A DNA stretch of 64,000 nt. It comes from an uncultured Acidobacteriota bacterium. GTDB lineage: Bacteria > Acidobacteriota > Terriglobia > UBA7540. The notes under the pieces are model-generated. The model was not told the origin of the DNA. It ran no database searches and saw nothing but the letters and a program-made list of their open reading frames with translations. The stretch spans positions 736,001 through 800,000 of the forward strand of contig CAWDSK010000003.1 of assembly GCA_963804995.1 (NCBI GenBank). The letters run 5' to 3'. The translations under genes and the position numbers were made by a program. This document shows, one piece after another, positions 44,347-55,498 of this stretch (position 1 is the first letter of the stretch; each line of letters opens with the position of its first letter).

Positions 44347-45043
44347 TATTGGGTGAGTCGCTGGCCAGGTGCGCGGTCTCCAGCACATCGCCGATCACAT
44401 CAAAGGTGAACTGGTTTTTGCCCTCATAGCGGTTTTCGGCGATGCCGATGCCGATGGAGGAGTCGCTCACCGCCGGGCAATAGAGGGGGACGCCGGCCTT
44501 GTAGGCGGCGGTCACGATGCCGTCTTCTTTGGCGCGCCGGGAGAGGTCCTTGCCCAACAGGTTCAAGAACTCCCGCGTCGTATAGGGCCGCGACTGGTCA
44601 AGTGTCGCCGCGAAGGCTCCAATCATGGCGTCGGCTTCGCGAAACTCCTCCTCATCGGCCAGGGTGTCATACATGCGGTCAATCAGGTTCTTCTGCAAAT
44701 GGACGTCGTCGATTTTGGGTGAACACTGAAAGTGCAGGCGGCCCAGAGTCTCATGAATGTCGTGGAAGAAATTGGCGCCGGTCGAAACCAGGCAATCAAT
44801 CAGGCGGTTCTTGATCAGATATACCACCAGCCGCCGCATGCCGGCGGGCACCATGGCGCCCGATAGGCCCATCATGATCATCACCCGGTCGCCCAGCATC
44901 TTTTTCCAAATCTGATAGGCAGTGGCCAGGTTGCGGCCCTGGAAGGAAATGCCCTGCATCTTTTCGAGTAATGCCGCGACACTCTTGCCGGCGTCGATCT
45001 TCAAGGGCCGGGTCGGTGTGGAGAGAATTTCGTGTTTGCGCAT
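44006..45043 (-). CDS. deoxyhypusine synthase family protein (SpeY/homospermidine-type)
   Basis: SGAMVPAGM, VSTGAN, YCPAVSDSSIG, GGGTPKNF, GGLSGCTFEEAQSWGK. Confidence 0.92.
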   Translation of the reverse strand: MRKHEILSTPTRPLKIDAGKSVAALLEKMQGISFQGRNLATAYQIWKKMLGDRVMIMMGLSGAMVPAGMRRLVVYLIKNRLIDCLVSTGANFFHDIHETLGRLHFQCSPKIDDVHLQKNLIDRMYDTLADEEEFREADAMIGAFAATLDQSRPYTTREFLNLLGKDLSRRAKEDGIVTAAYKAGVPLYCPAVSDSSIGIGIAENRYEGKNQFTFDVIGDVLETAHLASDSPNSGVVYFGGGTPKNFVQQTEVTAAFLRKSTEGHKYAIQVVIDAPHFGGLSGCTFEEAQSWGKIAHDASMVSVQCDSTIAMPMLVSALSENATLIKRRKKPVFEMGRELKFSFPK

Positions 45044-45119
45044 GACACCCCTTGGGATTCAAGCTCTTGCGGCTGGGACTCCGAGCAGGGCTCAGGAGGG
45101 TGGACGGAACCACGGTCCA

Positions 45120-45674
45120 TCACTCATCGACCCCCAGCAAGATGGCGGCGGAAAGCACGGTGGTCCACAGGCCGCGCTTGTCCCCAATGGCGGATTGGGT
45201 GATTTCCATCGTCCGGACAATCTTGTTGGAAATCTGGTAAATCTCCTTCTTCTCATTCCAGCTTCGATCCGGATCGAATTCGACGCCGAGCGTGGTGGCC
45301 AGCATTTCGGCCGCGAGCTCTTCCGCGTATTCCCCCGCCACTTCTTCGGTTTCTCCATAGGAATGATGCTCGGAGAGGTAGCCAAAAGTGTTGCGGTCGG
45401 AGGGAAGGGCGATTCCAATCGAGGCGGCAATCAGACGGTGCGGTTCGCGCGTGGAGTTCTCACTCATCACCACGAACGTTACCTGGCCGGGCCGCATCTC
45501 CTTCACGCCCTCGGAACGTGGAATCAATTTGCAACGCGGAGGAAAGATACTGGAAACCCTCACCAGGTTGCAAGCCGCAATGCCGGCGGAGCGCAACGCC
45601 AGCTCAAAGCTGGTCAGCTTCTCGCGGTGCTTCCCTACACCTTTGGTGAGAAACATCCGTTTGGGTACGAACAT
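45120..45674 (-). CDS. pdaD: pyruvoyl-dependent arginine decarboxylase
   Basis: [19 protein letters not shown] (self-cleavage), [17 protein letters not shown]. Confidence 0.93.
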   Translation of the reverse strand: MFVPKRMFLTKGVGKHREKLTSFELALRSAGIAACNLVRVSSIFPPRCKLIPRSEGVKEMRPGQVTFVVMSENSTREPHRLIAASIGIALPSDRNTFGYLSEHHSYGETEEVAGEYAEELAAEMLATTLGVEFDPDRSWNEKKEIYQISNKIVRTMEITQSAIGDKRGLWTTVLSAAILLGVDE

Positions 45675-46259
45675 TCCTGTTCCTTCCTTCTCCGGGTGGT
45701 TACGGGCTTAATGGCTGAGGGCTATCAAGTCCGGTCCCAAGGATGGATTCTACTGTATCAAGCGGGAATTTTGTACCGTAACAAAAAACGAAGAAAAGTG
45801 TCAACGGACTTTTGGACGTGTCCCAGTTTGACGGAGAGGCAGCGGCAACCGATCTGGTCGGGACGCCGCCCTTGCGTAGAGGCTGAGGCATTTATCCCGA
45901 TCTGATCGGGACGCCGCCATCCAGCGAAGTGGGACTGTCCCACATGTTGCTCTCCGCGCACCATAGCGCGCGAGGTCCCACTTAATTTCCCACCTTCATG
46001 CGTTTTTTTCCTATGACTTTTCACATGCGGATCCGCCAAATTAAGCTCATAGATCGCCGCTACCCCAAATTGACCCCCTAGCCAGTTTACTTGACAAGAT
46101 TGTTAGGAGGTGCCGATAATCCCTTGGTTTCGGTGTACCGGCCGAAAGTTGTTCCTCCACGCTCCTGGCCAAAACTCTTCGCAGGCGGCGCCCGAAACTC
46201 TAAGAGGTATGAGCCCTACATCCCAGCACCCTAAATATCCTCAAGGCGAGGCGTATCAT

Positions 46260-47273
46260 ATGACCTTCATCCTGAGAGTGGCGAGCATTATGGCTTTAGT
46301 CATCCTCCTGCCCCCTGGCTTCCTAGCCGGCGCCGATCAACCGGTGAAGTTCGAGAAACATCCGGATTCCATCGCAGTCCTCATAGGCGGAAAGCCCTTC
46401 ACAACATATTACTTTGGCCCGCAATCACCCAAACCTTATCTGCACCCCTTGCGGACAGCGGAAGGAACTATCGTGACCCGCGGATTCCCCATGCGCACGG
46501 ACATTCCTGGCGAGAGCCGGGACCACCCGCACCATCGCGCCCTGTTCTATACGCACGGCGACATCAATGGCATCGATTTCTGGGGCGAGGGCGAGGCGAG
46601 CAAACAGCAGCAAACCGCCAAGGGTGTGTTTTACTCCACCAGTAAAGAGCTACCCAAAGGCCGCACGGTGTTCCGCAAACTCGACGAGTCGAAGGGTGGC
46701 GCCGACAGCGGCACACTGCGTGCCACTTTCGATCTGGTCGGGCCCGACGGCAAAACCATCGGCAGCGAAATCCAGGAATATACTTTCCGGGGCGATGCCT
46801 CCACGCGCATCATCGACTGCGCGTTCACCACCACCGCCGATCACGGGATTCCACTGAAAATGGGCGACACCAAGGAGGGCACCTTTGCCATTCGCGTGGT
46901 GAAGGGGCTGGAGAAACCCAACGGCAAGATGCTGAACTCAGAAGGCAAGGTGGGGGAAGCCGATATCTGGGGCAAGCGCGCCGATTGGGTGGATTACTCC
47001 GGCGTGGTGGCGGGGGAAGCACTTGGCATCGCTATATTTGATAATCCTGGGAATATCAAGCACCCCACTTACTGGCATGCCCGCGATTATGGCCTGTTCG
47101 CCGTCAATCCCTTCGGCGAGCACGACTTCTACAACGACCCTAAGCGCGATGGCAGCGTCACGATTGCGGTTGGCCAGTCGCTCACTTTTCGGTACCGCGT
47201 GCTCATTCACCACGGCGACGCCGCAGAGGCCCAGGTTGCCGAAGCGTACCGGCAGTACGCTCAAAACAAGTAG
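46260..47273 (+). CDS. exported PmoA-like (DUF6807-type) sugar-binding/unknown protein
   Basis: Signal peptide; KPYLHPL, DHPHHR, GDTKEG, WGKRADWVDY, WHARDYGLFAVNPFG. Confidence 0.75.
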   Translation: MTFILRVASIMALVILLPPGFLAGADQPVKFEKHPDSIAVLIGGKPFTTYYFGPQSPKPYLHPLRTAEGTIVTRGFPMRTDIPGESRDHPHHRALFYTHGDINGIDFWGEGEASKQQQTAKGVFYSTSKELPKGRTVFRKLDESKGGADSGTLRATFDLVGPDGKTIGSEIQEYTFRGDASTRIIDCAFTTTADHGIPLKMGDTKEGTFAIRVVKGLEKPNGKMLNSEGKVGEADIWGKRADWVDYSGVVAGEALGIAIFDNPGNIKHPTYWHARDYGLFAVNPFGEHDFYNDPKRDGSVTIAVGQSLTFRYRVLIHHGDAAEAQVAEAYRQYAQNK

Positions 47274-47327
47274 GCACAAGCCAGCCTGACCTTAGCGTGC
47301 GCGCATCCCAGTCCCTGCGAGGTGCTT

Positions 47328-48140
47328 ATGGATCGTCTGATCAAAGCTCGCAAAAATGGAAACTTTCAACAGATCGTCGCACCAGGCACGATGCGATTCC
47401 TGGATTTTGCCACCCTGCAACTAGAGAAAGGTGACCACCACTCGCTCTCCACAGGCGCGCGTGAGTACGTGCTTGACCTCTTCTCCGGCGTCGTTACCTT
47501 GACGGTCCGCACCGTGGGAAGAAGCAAAGAGATTTACAGCCAGATTGGCAAGCGTGCGGATGTCTTCTCGGGGCCGCCGCTGATGAGCTACCTCCCGCCC
47601 AACTCGCAGGTGGAGATCAAAGCGGAATCGCAGGCGGAAATGGGGCTGTTCTCCGCGCCATCGAACTCCCAAGCCCCGGCGGCGCTACTCGAAGGCTCTA
47701 CTGTCGTCGCCAAGCAGGTTGGCCACGATAACTCCCTGCGCACCGTCTACTCGGCGCTGGCCAATAATGTACCGGCCGAGCGTCTCCTGGCCGGCGAAAC
47801 TCTCAATCCACCCGGTAACTGGTCAAGCTTCCCGCCCCACAAGCACGACCGCTCGAACCCACCGAAGGAAGCCGTGCTCGAAGAGATTTACTTTTTCCGC
47901 TTCAAACCGGCGAGGGGCTTTGGCTTTATCTGGACTTACACAGCCCCTGATGATCCCCAAGGTTTCTCCAACGTTTTCGTGGTCGAGGACGGCGACACGG
48001 TCCTCCTGCCCAAAGGCTATCACCCCTTGGTGGGCGCTCCCGGTTACGAACTGCACTACACTTGGGTCCTCGCGGGTGAAGAGCGCCGTTACGGCGCCTG
48101 GGCTGAAGATCCTCGTTACGCCGGGGTGAAGAACCCGTGA
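47328..48140 (+). CDS. iolB: 5-deoxy-glucuronate isomerase IolB (KduI/IolB cupin)
   Basis: GNWSSFPPHKHD, LEEIYFF, PKGYHP, APGYELHYTWVLAG. Confidence 0.88.
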   Translation: MDRLIKARKNGNFQQIVAPGTMRFLDFATLQLEKGDHHSLSTGAREYVLDLFSGVVTLTVRTVGRSKEIYSQIGKRADVFSGPPLMSYLPPNSQVEIKAESQAEMGLFSAPSNSQAPAALLEGSTVVAKQVGHDNSLRTVYSALANNVPAERLLAGETLNPPGNWSSFPPHKHDRSNPPKEAVLEEIYFFRFKPARGFGFIWTYTAPDDPQGFSNVFVVEDGDTVLLPKGYHPLVGAPGYELHYTWVLAGEERRYGAWAEDPRYAGVKNP

Positions 48141-48150
48141 CCCGCGCCCA

Positions 48151-49536
48151 TTGACAAGTGAGCCGGGCAAATCGCACGCCCTAAGGAGAATTGTGCACCT
48201 CCCATCCTCGGAAACAGAATCTGCCCCCAGCCCCACCCATCCACCAACCTCGGCACGCCCCTTCCAAATCCCGCACCTACGTTGGGTGATTTGCGGGGTG
48301 CTGTTTACCGGCACACTCGTCAACTACATCGACCGCGGCACGATTGCCATCCTCGCCCATCATCTGCAGCAGCTTTTCCAATGGAAGGAAAGCGACTATG
48401 GGTGGATCGTCTTTGCGTTTCAGTTGTCCTACGCCATCATGATGCTGGCTTCCGGAGGTGTTATTGACCGGCTCGGCACGCGGGCTGGATACGCGCTGGC
48501 CATGACCTGGTGGTCACTTGCCGCCATGGGCCACGCCCTGGCCCGGGGAGTCATGTCCTTCGCCGCGGCGCGCTTCCTGTTGGGAGCGGGAGAGGCGGGC
48601 AACTTCCCGGCTTCCATCAAGGCGGTGGCGGAATGGTTCCCCAAACGGGAGCGTGCCCTGGCCACGGGGATTTTCAACTCCGCGACCGCAGTAGGCACAG
48701 TAGTTGCCTATCCGATAGTGGGCTGGTTGTTTCTCAAATGGGGCTGGCAGGCAGCCTTTATCGGCACGGGCGCGCTGGGTCTCGTTTGCCTCACCCTCTG
48801 GCTGGGGATTTACCGTCTGCCCCGGCAACACTCCTGGCTCACTCCGGCCGAACTGAAGCACATTGAGACCCAGCATGCTGACGAGAAGGAATCAGAGGGG
48901 CAAGCTCTTTCGTGGGGGGAGGTTCTCAGCTTTCGGCAGGCGTGGGGATTCGCCCTGGCCAAGTTCATGACCGACCCGATTTGGTGGTTCTACATTTTCT
49001 GGCTGCCCAAATACCTGATCGAAATCCGCCACTACTCGATCGCGCGGCTGGAGCTTTTTGGCGCCATCCCCTGGCTTGCGGCCGTCCCGGGATCGATTGG
49101 AGGCGGGTGGCTCTCCGGATACTTGATTCGTCGCGGCCGTTCCATCAACTACTCTCGCAAAACAGCCATGTTGATATGCGCCTGCCTGATGCCCGCCGGC
49201 GTTCTGGCGGTATTCGCGCACAGCCCCTGGGCAGCGCTGGTGTTTGTTTCCCTAGCCACGGCAGCGCACTCAGGGTGGTCAGCGAACGTCTACACGCTGG
49301 CTTCAGACATGTTTCCGAAAAGGGATGTGGGTTCGGTGGTAGGGCTGGGCGGAGCCGCAGGAGCCTTCGGAGGAATGATCATCGCGCCGGTGGCGGGTTA
49401 TGTCCTGCAATGGTTCCACACGTATGTCCCACTCTTTATAATCGCGGGGGTCATGCACCCCCTGGCAATTGTACTTTTACAACGGGTCATACCGCGTATT
49501 GAAAGCATCACGCCGGCTACTCCAGCCCTCACGTAG
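48151..49536 (+). CDS. MFS transporter, ExuT/hexuronate-like (start uncertain)
   Basis: NYIDR, GEAGNFPASIKAVAEWFP, DPIWWFYIFWLP, SANVYTL. Confidence 0.88.
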   Translation: MTSEPGKSHALRRIVHLPSSETESAPSPTHPPTSARPFQIPHLRWVICGVLFTGTLVNYIDRGTIAILAHHLQQLFQWKESDYGWIVFAFQLSYAIMMLASGGVIDRLGTRAGYALAMTWWSLAAMGHALARGVMSFAAARFLLGAGEAGNFPASIKAVAEWFPKRERALATGIFNSATAVGTVVAYPIVGWLFLKWGWQAAFIGTGALGLVCLTLWLGIYRLPRQHSWLTPAELKHIETQHADEKESEGQALSWGEVLSFRQAWGFALAKFMTDPIWWFYIFWLPKYLIEIRHYSIARLELFGAIPWLAAVPGSIGGGWLSGYLIRRGRSINYSRKTAMLICACLMPAGVLAVFAHSPWAALVFVSLATAAHSGWSANVYTLASDMFPKRDVGSVVGLGGAAGAFGGMIIAPVAGYVLQWFHTYVPLFIIAGVMHPLAIVLLQRVIPRIESITPATPALT

Positions 49537-49555
49537 AGAATGCGAGCCCGCTGCT

Positions 49556-49993
49556 TCAGGCAGCAGTCCCCCGCTCCTTGAGCTTTTCAACTTGGATGTG
49601 GGCGCGGATGAACCGGAGCAGGTCGCTGGGAGCCACTGGCTTCTCCAAGTAATCCACCGCCCCCATCTGCATGGCCTCCAGGTAGCAACTCATTTCGATC
49701 GACCGCGTCACCACCAGGACAGCCCGGTGACGGTCCAATTGGATCGCGCGGTCCAGCACGGTCCGCCCTTCGAAAGCCGGGCCGCCCTGGCTGACCAACA
49801 CAAAATCAACAGGCTCCGCCCCGAGGCATTGTACGCCGGCTTCAAAGGAAGTGCAGGCGGCAACCTCGAAGCCCTGGCCCTCCAGGATCATGCGAAAGAA
49901 ACTCAGGTCTCCCGCGTCCTCATCCACCAGCAGGACTTTTCCCGACTGCCGTGCAAAATCGATGGCTCGTTGAGTGAGGGTGTCGCTTGACAT
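49556..49993 (-). CDS. single-domain response regulator, atypical (no clear phospho-Asp: VLVSQ)
   Basis: VLLVDED, EAMQMGAVDYLEKP. Confidence 0.8.
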   Translation of the reverse strand: MSSDTLTQRAIDFARQSGKVLLVDEDAGDLSFFRMILEGQGFEVAACTSFEAGVQCLGAEPVDFVLVSQGGPAFEGRTVLDRAIQLDRHRAVLVVTRSIEMSCYLEAMQMGAVDYLEKPVAPSDLLRFIRAHIQVEKLKERGTAA

Positions 49994-51072
49994 AGGAGTT
50001 CTCCGTGCCGTTTCTGTGACCCTTTTTCGAAGCCGGTGGAGGAGACATCTCGCCTTGCGGAGAGGATTCCTCCTGCTACCTTGATCAGAGTAAGGGTTAC
50101 GTCAAGTTGTGTCAGTTCCTATAGTCTTCTTAAAGCGAGGAAACTTTCAGAGCCCTTCCGGGGTTGAGAAGGTAACAGCATCTTTGTGAGGGAACAGGAA
50201 TCAGCACAGTACCGGGTAGTGGAGAGTTGAACAGACCCAGGAGAAGCTTCCAGGTGATCCCGATTTTCAATCCTTAAAAAACGTAACTTCCGCGATGCCC
50301 GCGCAGGCCCAAGTGGAGATTGCCCATGGGAGGACCAAGCCTCCTGATGACTCCAGATTGTCGGTGGGTACAACTGACGATGAGCCCGCGCGGGCTCGCT
50401 CGCGGCGGTGGTCTCGCCTGTGACCCCACCCACAGGGTCGAAACACACCGGGAGTGCTCCGGGCGAAAAACACTTTCTCATGGCTTGGAACAGGCGAAGA
50501 GAGTAATCTTTTTATAGGTAGTTGTCAAGACAATTATTAAGTGAATACCCTTCACACGTGGCGTAGATCAGATTGATGCAACTCATTGAATCTACATGGC
50601 TAAACAATTATGACCCAAGGGTGCTGATGCAAAGTTCAACACCAACTGACAACTAGTCTACCCTGTCCCCATTAGTCAGCAACTCTTGCCATGATTGCCT
50701 CCCTCCTTGCTTGCCTGGATGGCTTTATCTCCGCGCGGCAGGGTGCTCAGTAACCTGCCGTGCGAAAGAAGATGGGTCGCCGGCCGGCGCTATTTGCCGC
50801 CAGCCGTCCAACGCGAATGGACCCCAGCGGTCTATTCGCGCCGTCGTTCGGTCAAGCTGAGAGGCTCTCGTTTGGCGTGCCCAGGTGTCACATCAGTGAG
50901 AATTGAAGAGGTGGAAGGTAACATCAGGAGCGCAACCGTATCTAGTTGAGGGGAAAAGCAAGGAAAGTTGTCATCGGCTACGGTACGCGAGGATTGAGTG
51001 GCTAGGTTTCTCCTCTTGACCTTCCGGCGAATTGCGATATGCTGCCGCAACCTCTCGCTTCTGGACGGCTGA

Positions 51073-52350
51073 GTGAGCAATTCAAGTGTTTCTGTTCCGG
51101 GTATTGGCGACGCGCGGGCCGGTTTGCTGCCCATCTCGAACCATCGCCGTTGGGTTCTGGTCGGCCTTCTGTTCATCGCCTCGTTCATCAATTACCTCAA
51201 CCGCGCCACGCTCTCCGTGGCCTTGCCGCTGATTTCGGTCGATCTCCATCTCGGCCCGGAGACCAAAGGGTTGCTGCTTTCCTCCTTCTTCGTCTCCTAC
51301 GCCCTCATGCAGATTCCCGTGGGCTGGTGCGCGGACCGTTTCAACCTCAAGTGGCTTTACGCGGGCCTGTTTGCCGTATGGTCACTCGCCTGTGGTCTGA
51401 CCAGCCTCGCGGGCAGCCTGGGAGTGTTGATTGTGCTGCGCATTCTGCTGGGCATCGGCGAATCCGTATACCTCCCCGGCGGAACCAAGATCGTCAGTGT
51501 GCTGTTTTCCTCCCGGGAACGCGGCCTGCCCTCCGGGCTGTTTGATAGCGGCACGCGCGCGGGAATTGCCCTGGGCGCGCCGTTCATCGCCATGCTGGTA
51601 GTGCATTACGGATGGCGGCGCATGTTTGCGCTGGTGGGTTTCACGGCCGTGGCCTGGCTCCTGCCCTGGGTCCTGCTCGCTCCACGGAGACTGCAGACTC
51701 CGCCGGGCTACACTGCCGCCGCGCGCGCTCCGGCCGCTTCCCCGCCCACCCGGCGCTTCCACCTTAACCGTAACCTGCTGGGCATCTGCCTGGGCTTCTT
51801 CTGCTTTGATTATTTCTGGTACCTCCTGGTTACCTGGCTGCCCGACTATCTCGTGACCGTCCGCCACCTCAATTTGCTGAGCGCCGGTATGTATGCGTCG
51901 CTCCCCTATTTCATTTTTGGGGCCGGTGAACCTATCGGTGGCTGGATTGCCGACCGCTTGATCCGACGCGGCTGGGATGAAACCCGCACGCGTAAAGGCA
52001 TCGTCACAGTTGCCTTCATGACCGGACTCCTGCTCATTCCCGCGGCACGCGCCGCTACGCCCTCCGGCGCCCTGGCGTTCATTGCCGCCGCCTCTCTGGT
52101 GGGACTTTCCAGCGGTAACCTGCTGGTCATCCTGCAATGTTGCGCGCCGCCTGACGAAGTGGGCACCTGGACCGGCATCCAGAACTTCGGCGGCAACGTG
52201 GGTGGCATCCTCGCGCCCCTTGCCACCGGCCTCCTCATCGCCCGCTCCGGATCCTATCTTCCCGGATTTGCGCTTGCCGCGTTTGTCCTGGTCGCCGGTC
52301 TGCTGGCCTACTGGTATATCGTCGGCGAACTCAATCCGCACGCGGACTAA
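51073..52350 (+). CDS. MFS transporter (anion:cation symporter-like)
   Basis: NYLNRATLS, RILLGIGES, ERG, WLPDYL, GIQNFGGN. Confidence 0.9.
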   Translation: MSNSSVSVPGIGDARAGLLPISNHRRWVLVGLLFIASFINYLNRATLSVALPLISVDLHLGPETKGLLLSSFFVSYALMQIPVGWCADRFNLKWLYAGLFAVWSLACGLTSLAGSLGVLIVLRILLGIGESVYLPGGTKIVSVLFSSRERGLPSGLFDSGTRAGIALGAPFIAMLVVHYGWRRMFALVGFTAVAWLLPWVLLAPRRLQTPPGYTAAARAPAASPPTRRFHLNRNLLGICLGFFCFDYFWYLLVTWLPDYLVTVRHLNLLSAGMYASLPYFIFGAGEPIGGWIADRLIRRGWDETRTRKGIVTVAFMTGLLLIPAARAATPSGALAFIAAASLVGLSSGNLLVILQCCAPPDEVGTWTGIQNFGGNVGGILAPLATGLLIARSGSYLPGFALAAFVLVAGLLAYWYIVGELNPHAD

Positions 52351-52475
52351 CCCACGGAATTCACTTTAATTGTAGCAACCTGCCCAAACGCACACGGTTA
52401 AAACCCGGACTGCCGCGCCATCAAACTTACCCTAGTCGCCGCAGCCGAATAGAATCTATAATGGAAGTTCCACTT

Positions 52476-53180
52476 ATGACTTCCCCTTTTCCTCTTCCTG
52501 GTGCAGTGATCTTCGACATGGACGGCGTTCTGATTGACAGCAACCCCTTCCATCTCCGCAAATGGGTTGATCTGCTGCGAGAACACGGCATCCCCTTCGA
52601 CGAGGAAGCACTTCCCAAAATCATTCTGGGGCATCGTAACGATTCGGCTTTCCGGCGCTTTTTCGGCGCACAGCTTACGCGCGAAGAGATCCGCATTCTT
52701 AGCGGGGAGTTGGAAGAAAAATTCCGCAAGGCGTTTGGCCCCCACGCTCAACTGCTCCCGGGCTTGCAGCGGTTCATGGACGAATGCCGGGCGAACGCCG
52801 TCCCCATGGCCGTGGCTTCTTCCGCCATGACCAAGAACGTCGAGTTCGTCGTCACTCGGCTCGAACTGGGCCCCTACCTCCAGACGATCCTGACCGGCGA
52901 TGAAGTGTCGCACGCCAAGCCTGACCCGGAGATCTACCTCAGAACCGCCGCCAAACTTGGGCTAGAACCCTCCAATTGTGTGGCCTTCGAAGATTCTTTC
53001 GTGGGTATCGAGGCCGCCAAGCGCGCCGGCATGAAGTGCATCGGCATTGCCTCAACTTTTCCCGCGGAGGACCTTCGCCGCGAGACTCACGCCGACCTGG
53101 TCGTCCCCGGGTTTGAGGTGGTCTCGCTCCCGACCCTGCGCCAGCTTTTTAATGGTGCCGGCGGCATGCCCCAACGTTAG
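52476..53180 (+). CDS. HAD family phosphatase (beta-PGM-like)
   Basis: FDMDGVL, VASS, KPDPEIY, FEDS..G. Confidence 0.92.
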   Translation: MTSPFPLPGAVIFDMDGVLIDSNPFHLRKWVDLLREHGIPFDEEALPKIILGHRNDSAFRRFFGAQLTREEIRILSGELEEKFRKAFGPHAQLLPGLQRFMDECRANAVPMAVASSAMTKNVEFVVTRLELGPYLQTILTGDEVSHAKPDPEIYLRTAAKLGLEPSNCVAFEDSFVGIEAAKRAGMKCIGIASTFPAEDLRRETHADLVVPGFEVVSLPTLRQLFNGAGGMPQR

Positions 53181-53259
53181 CCCTGTGAACCGATCGGGAC
53201 ACATTTCCGGAAAGCGGATATGTTCTCCAGTAGAAATCCGTTCCAGAAGCGCACTTACA

Positions 53260-53368
53260 GTCCCGGCCTACAGCAATTCATCACCACCAGGATGGGCTAA
53301 CAGCTCTTACCTGCCCCTTCAGGGCATCGCAGACCCCCAAGAACCGGGGTCTGCGCCAGCCAGCCCGC
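53260..53368 (+). mobile_element. RAYT relic: N-terminal codons fused to a right-end REP
   Basis: cccggcctacagcaattcatcaccacc (PGLQQFITT versus RAYT PGQLQFITT), then tcgcagacc..ggtctgcgccagccagcccg. Confidence 0.65.
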
Positions 53369-53500
53369 TACTGCTTCGCTTTCGATCCTTGCTTCCGTCA
53401 GCCGTTTGTTGTCCCTCGCCCACGGCATCAAGCATCCAGGTCTCAGCGCGCAGGCCCCAAGCGTCCGGATTTCAGATTCCAGATGTCAGGATTTCAGATT

Positions 53501-55157
53501 TCAGTACGGCGCGCCGTAGCGCACCACCGTCACGGTGAGGTCATCGGATTGCGGGGCAGCCCCCACAAACTGTTGCACGCTGGCCAGGATTCTGTGGCAA
53601 ACCTCCTCAGGCGACAGGCCGTTGCAGGTTTCAAGCAAGGTGTGGAGCCGGGCGTCGCTGAACAGTCCGCCGATGGAGTCACGCGCTTCTGTGACGCCGT
53701 CGGAGGTAGTCACAATCAGGTCACCGGGCAGAAGCTGGACACAGTCCACCTGAAAGGGGATGTGCGGAAAGAGTCCCAAGGGGAAATTGGAAGAATCGGG
53801 CCGGTCGATTCCGCCCTGGTAGCGCAGAATCAAGGGCGGAATGTGTCCGGCGTTTACAAACTCGAATAAGCCCTGAGGATCCAACACGCCATAGAGGACA
53901 GTGGCAAACATTTCCATGGGCGTCCGGTCGCACAGGTAATCGTTGACGTGGGCGAATAAATCAGCCATCGCTGGAGCACCGGTGGCAACTCCACCGAAGG
54001 CTCCCTGCAAGCTCGCGGCCATCAAAGCGGCAGGCAGGCCTTTGCCGGAGACATCCGCCAGGGCGAAGCCGCAGCGGCCATCGGGCAGAGGCAGGAACGT
54101 CATAATAATCGCCGCCCACAGCTTCGGTGGGTATGGTTACGGCATGAATCTGAAAGTAATCGCTCTGGGGCAACTGCCGGGGCAGCAGGCCCTGTTGGAT
54201 ATTCCGCGCCAACTGCATTTCGTGCCGGATGCGTTCTTGTTCGCGGGCCAGGCGGAACAATCGAGCATTCTCAATCACCGTGGCGCCTTCGACGGCGAGG
54301 GTTTGCAGCACCTGCCGGTCAAGCCCCGTCACGGCAGCGGCGGACGAGCGCGCTTCCAGATACAGCAGACCCAGCAGCTCAGGCGCAGCGCCCACAAAGG
54401 TTTCACCCGTGGAATCCGACACGGGTAGTTTCTGCAGGGGGACCGCCACAATTCCCCGCGCCCCGGTGCGGATCAAACCGGTTTCCGCCGCGACTTGGCC
54501 CGAGGCTTCTTCCTCCAGAACCACTGCTTCTTGCCCCGACGCCGCCACGCGCTCCACGACGGCGTGCGAATAATCCGTGGCCTCGGGCGCCAGATAGACG
54601 CCTCCCTTGCCGCGCGCCAGGCGTAATTGCAGGTCGCCCCCCTCTTCTCTGAGAAACAGCAGACCGCGATCGGCGTTGGTAAGTTGCAAGGCGGAATCCA
54701 CCAGCGCCGTCAACACCTCTTCGAGGGCCGGGGCGCGCAACAACATTTGCGCCATTTGTAAGAGCAGGCCCAAGTGATGGAGTTGCGGAGCGGAACTTTG
54801 GACCCGGGCCTTTTCAAATTTTTCCAGCAGGCCCGGCAGCACGGCTTCCTCTACGCCGAAAATCAACGCGTAGGCGTCCGTCACGCCCAGGCTGATCTGG
54901 TCGCCGGATTGCAGCCGGTGCGGCGCCGTGATCTTCTCGCCGTTGACGAACGTTCCGTGACGGCTGCCCACGTCTTCCAGGAAGTAGCCTTGGTCGTCTC
55001 TTGCAATGCGCGCGTGGTGGCGCGATATGCGGCTGTCAAGCAGCACCAGGTCGTTGTTGCCCTGCCGGCCGAGTGTGAAGGGAGTTCGCGAGAGTTCGAT
55101 CTCACGCTGGTTGCCAAAGGCGTCGCGGACCGTAAGACGTGGAACAGTGCTGGGCAT
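53501..55157 (-). pseudogene. FHA-GAF-PP2C (SpoIIE/RsbU-type) phosphatase with a 1-nt insertion near 54098
   Basis: FHA (LGRQ..SRHHA..GTFVNG); ARNIQQGLLP, VGGDYYD, then shifted FLPL..ADVSGKG..NAGH..SDGVTEA..QSDDLT. Confidence 0.85.
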
Positions 55158-55498
55158 GAGTTTGGTCGACCTTTGAAGAGCGCACCCTATTATATCAAAC
55201 ACGGCAATGGCCGCCTATGGCCCAGCAGTGGTCCGGCCTCTTTCACCCGTTTCCCCCGGGACCCCCCCTGACCGCTGCGATGCCATCTCCCGAAATCTCA
55301 TTGCAATTTCTGGACGCTTGCCGCATCATCGATAGTTTCTTTTGAGCACCCTATTGATCCTAGTGGCTGTTTGAGAGACCGTACCGCGACTTGACAGCGC
55401 GGGGCGCCGTAGCAATAGAGGGTAAGTAACAAAACGAGTCCATCTCAGTCGCCAGGAAGTTTCTCAGCAAGCAGTTGGAAATCAAGGAGGCACACAAA

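Noticed and set aside
42185..44356. Many overlapping ORFs in the repeat mosaic
   Set aside because: Translations of palindromes and heptamers, low complexity; only the DHS fragment is credible
46260..47273. Particulate methane monooxygenase
   Set aside because: The PmoA-like family name is historical; this is a soluble exported protein with no pmoB/pmoC
49994..51072. Gene or ncRNA in the 1-kb AT-richer intergenic region
   Set aside because: Short ORFs lack motifs; only weak operator/IHF-like sites were seen
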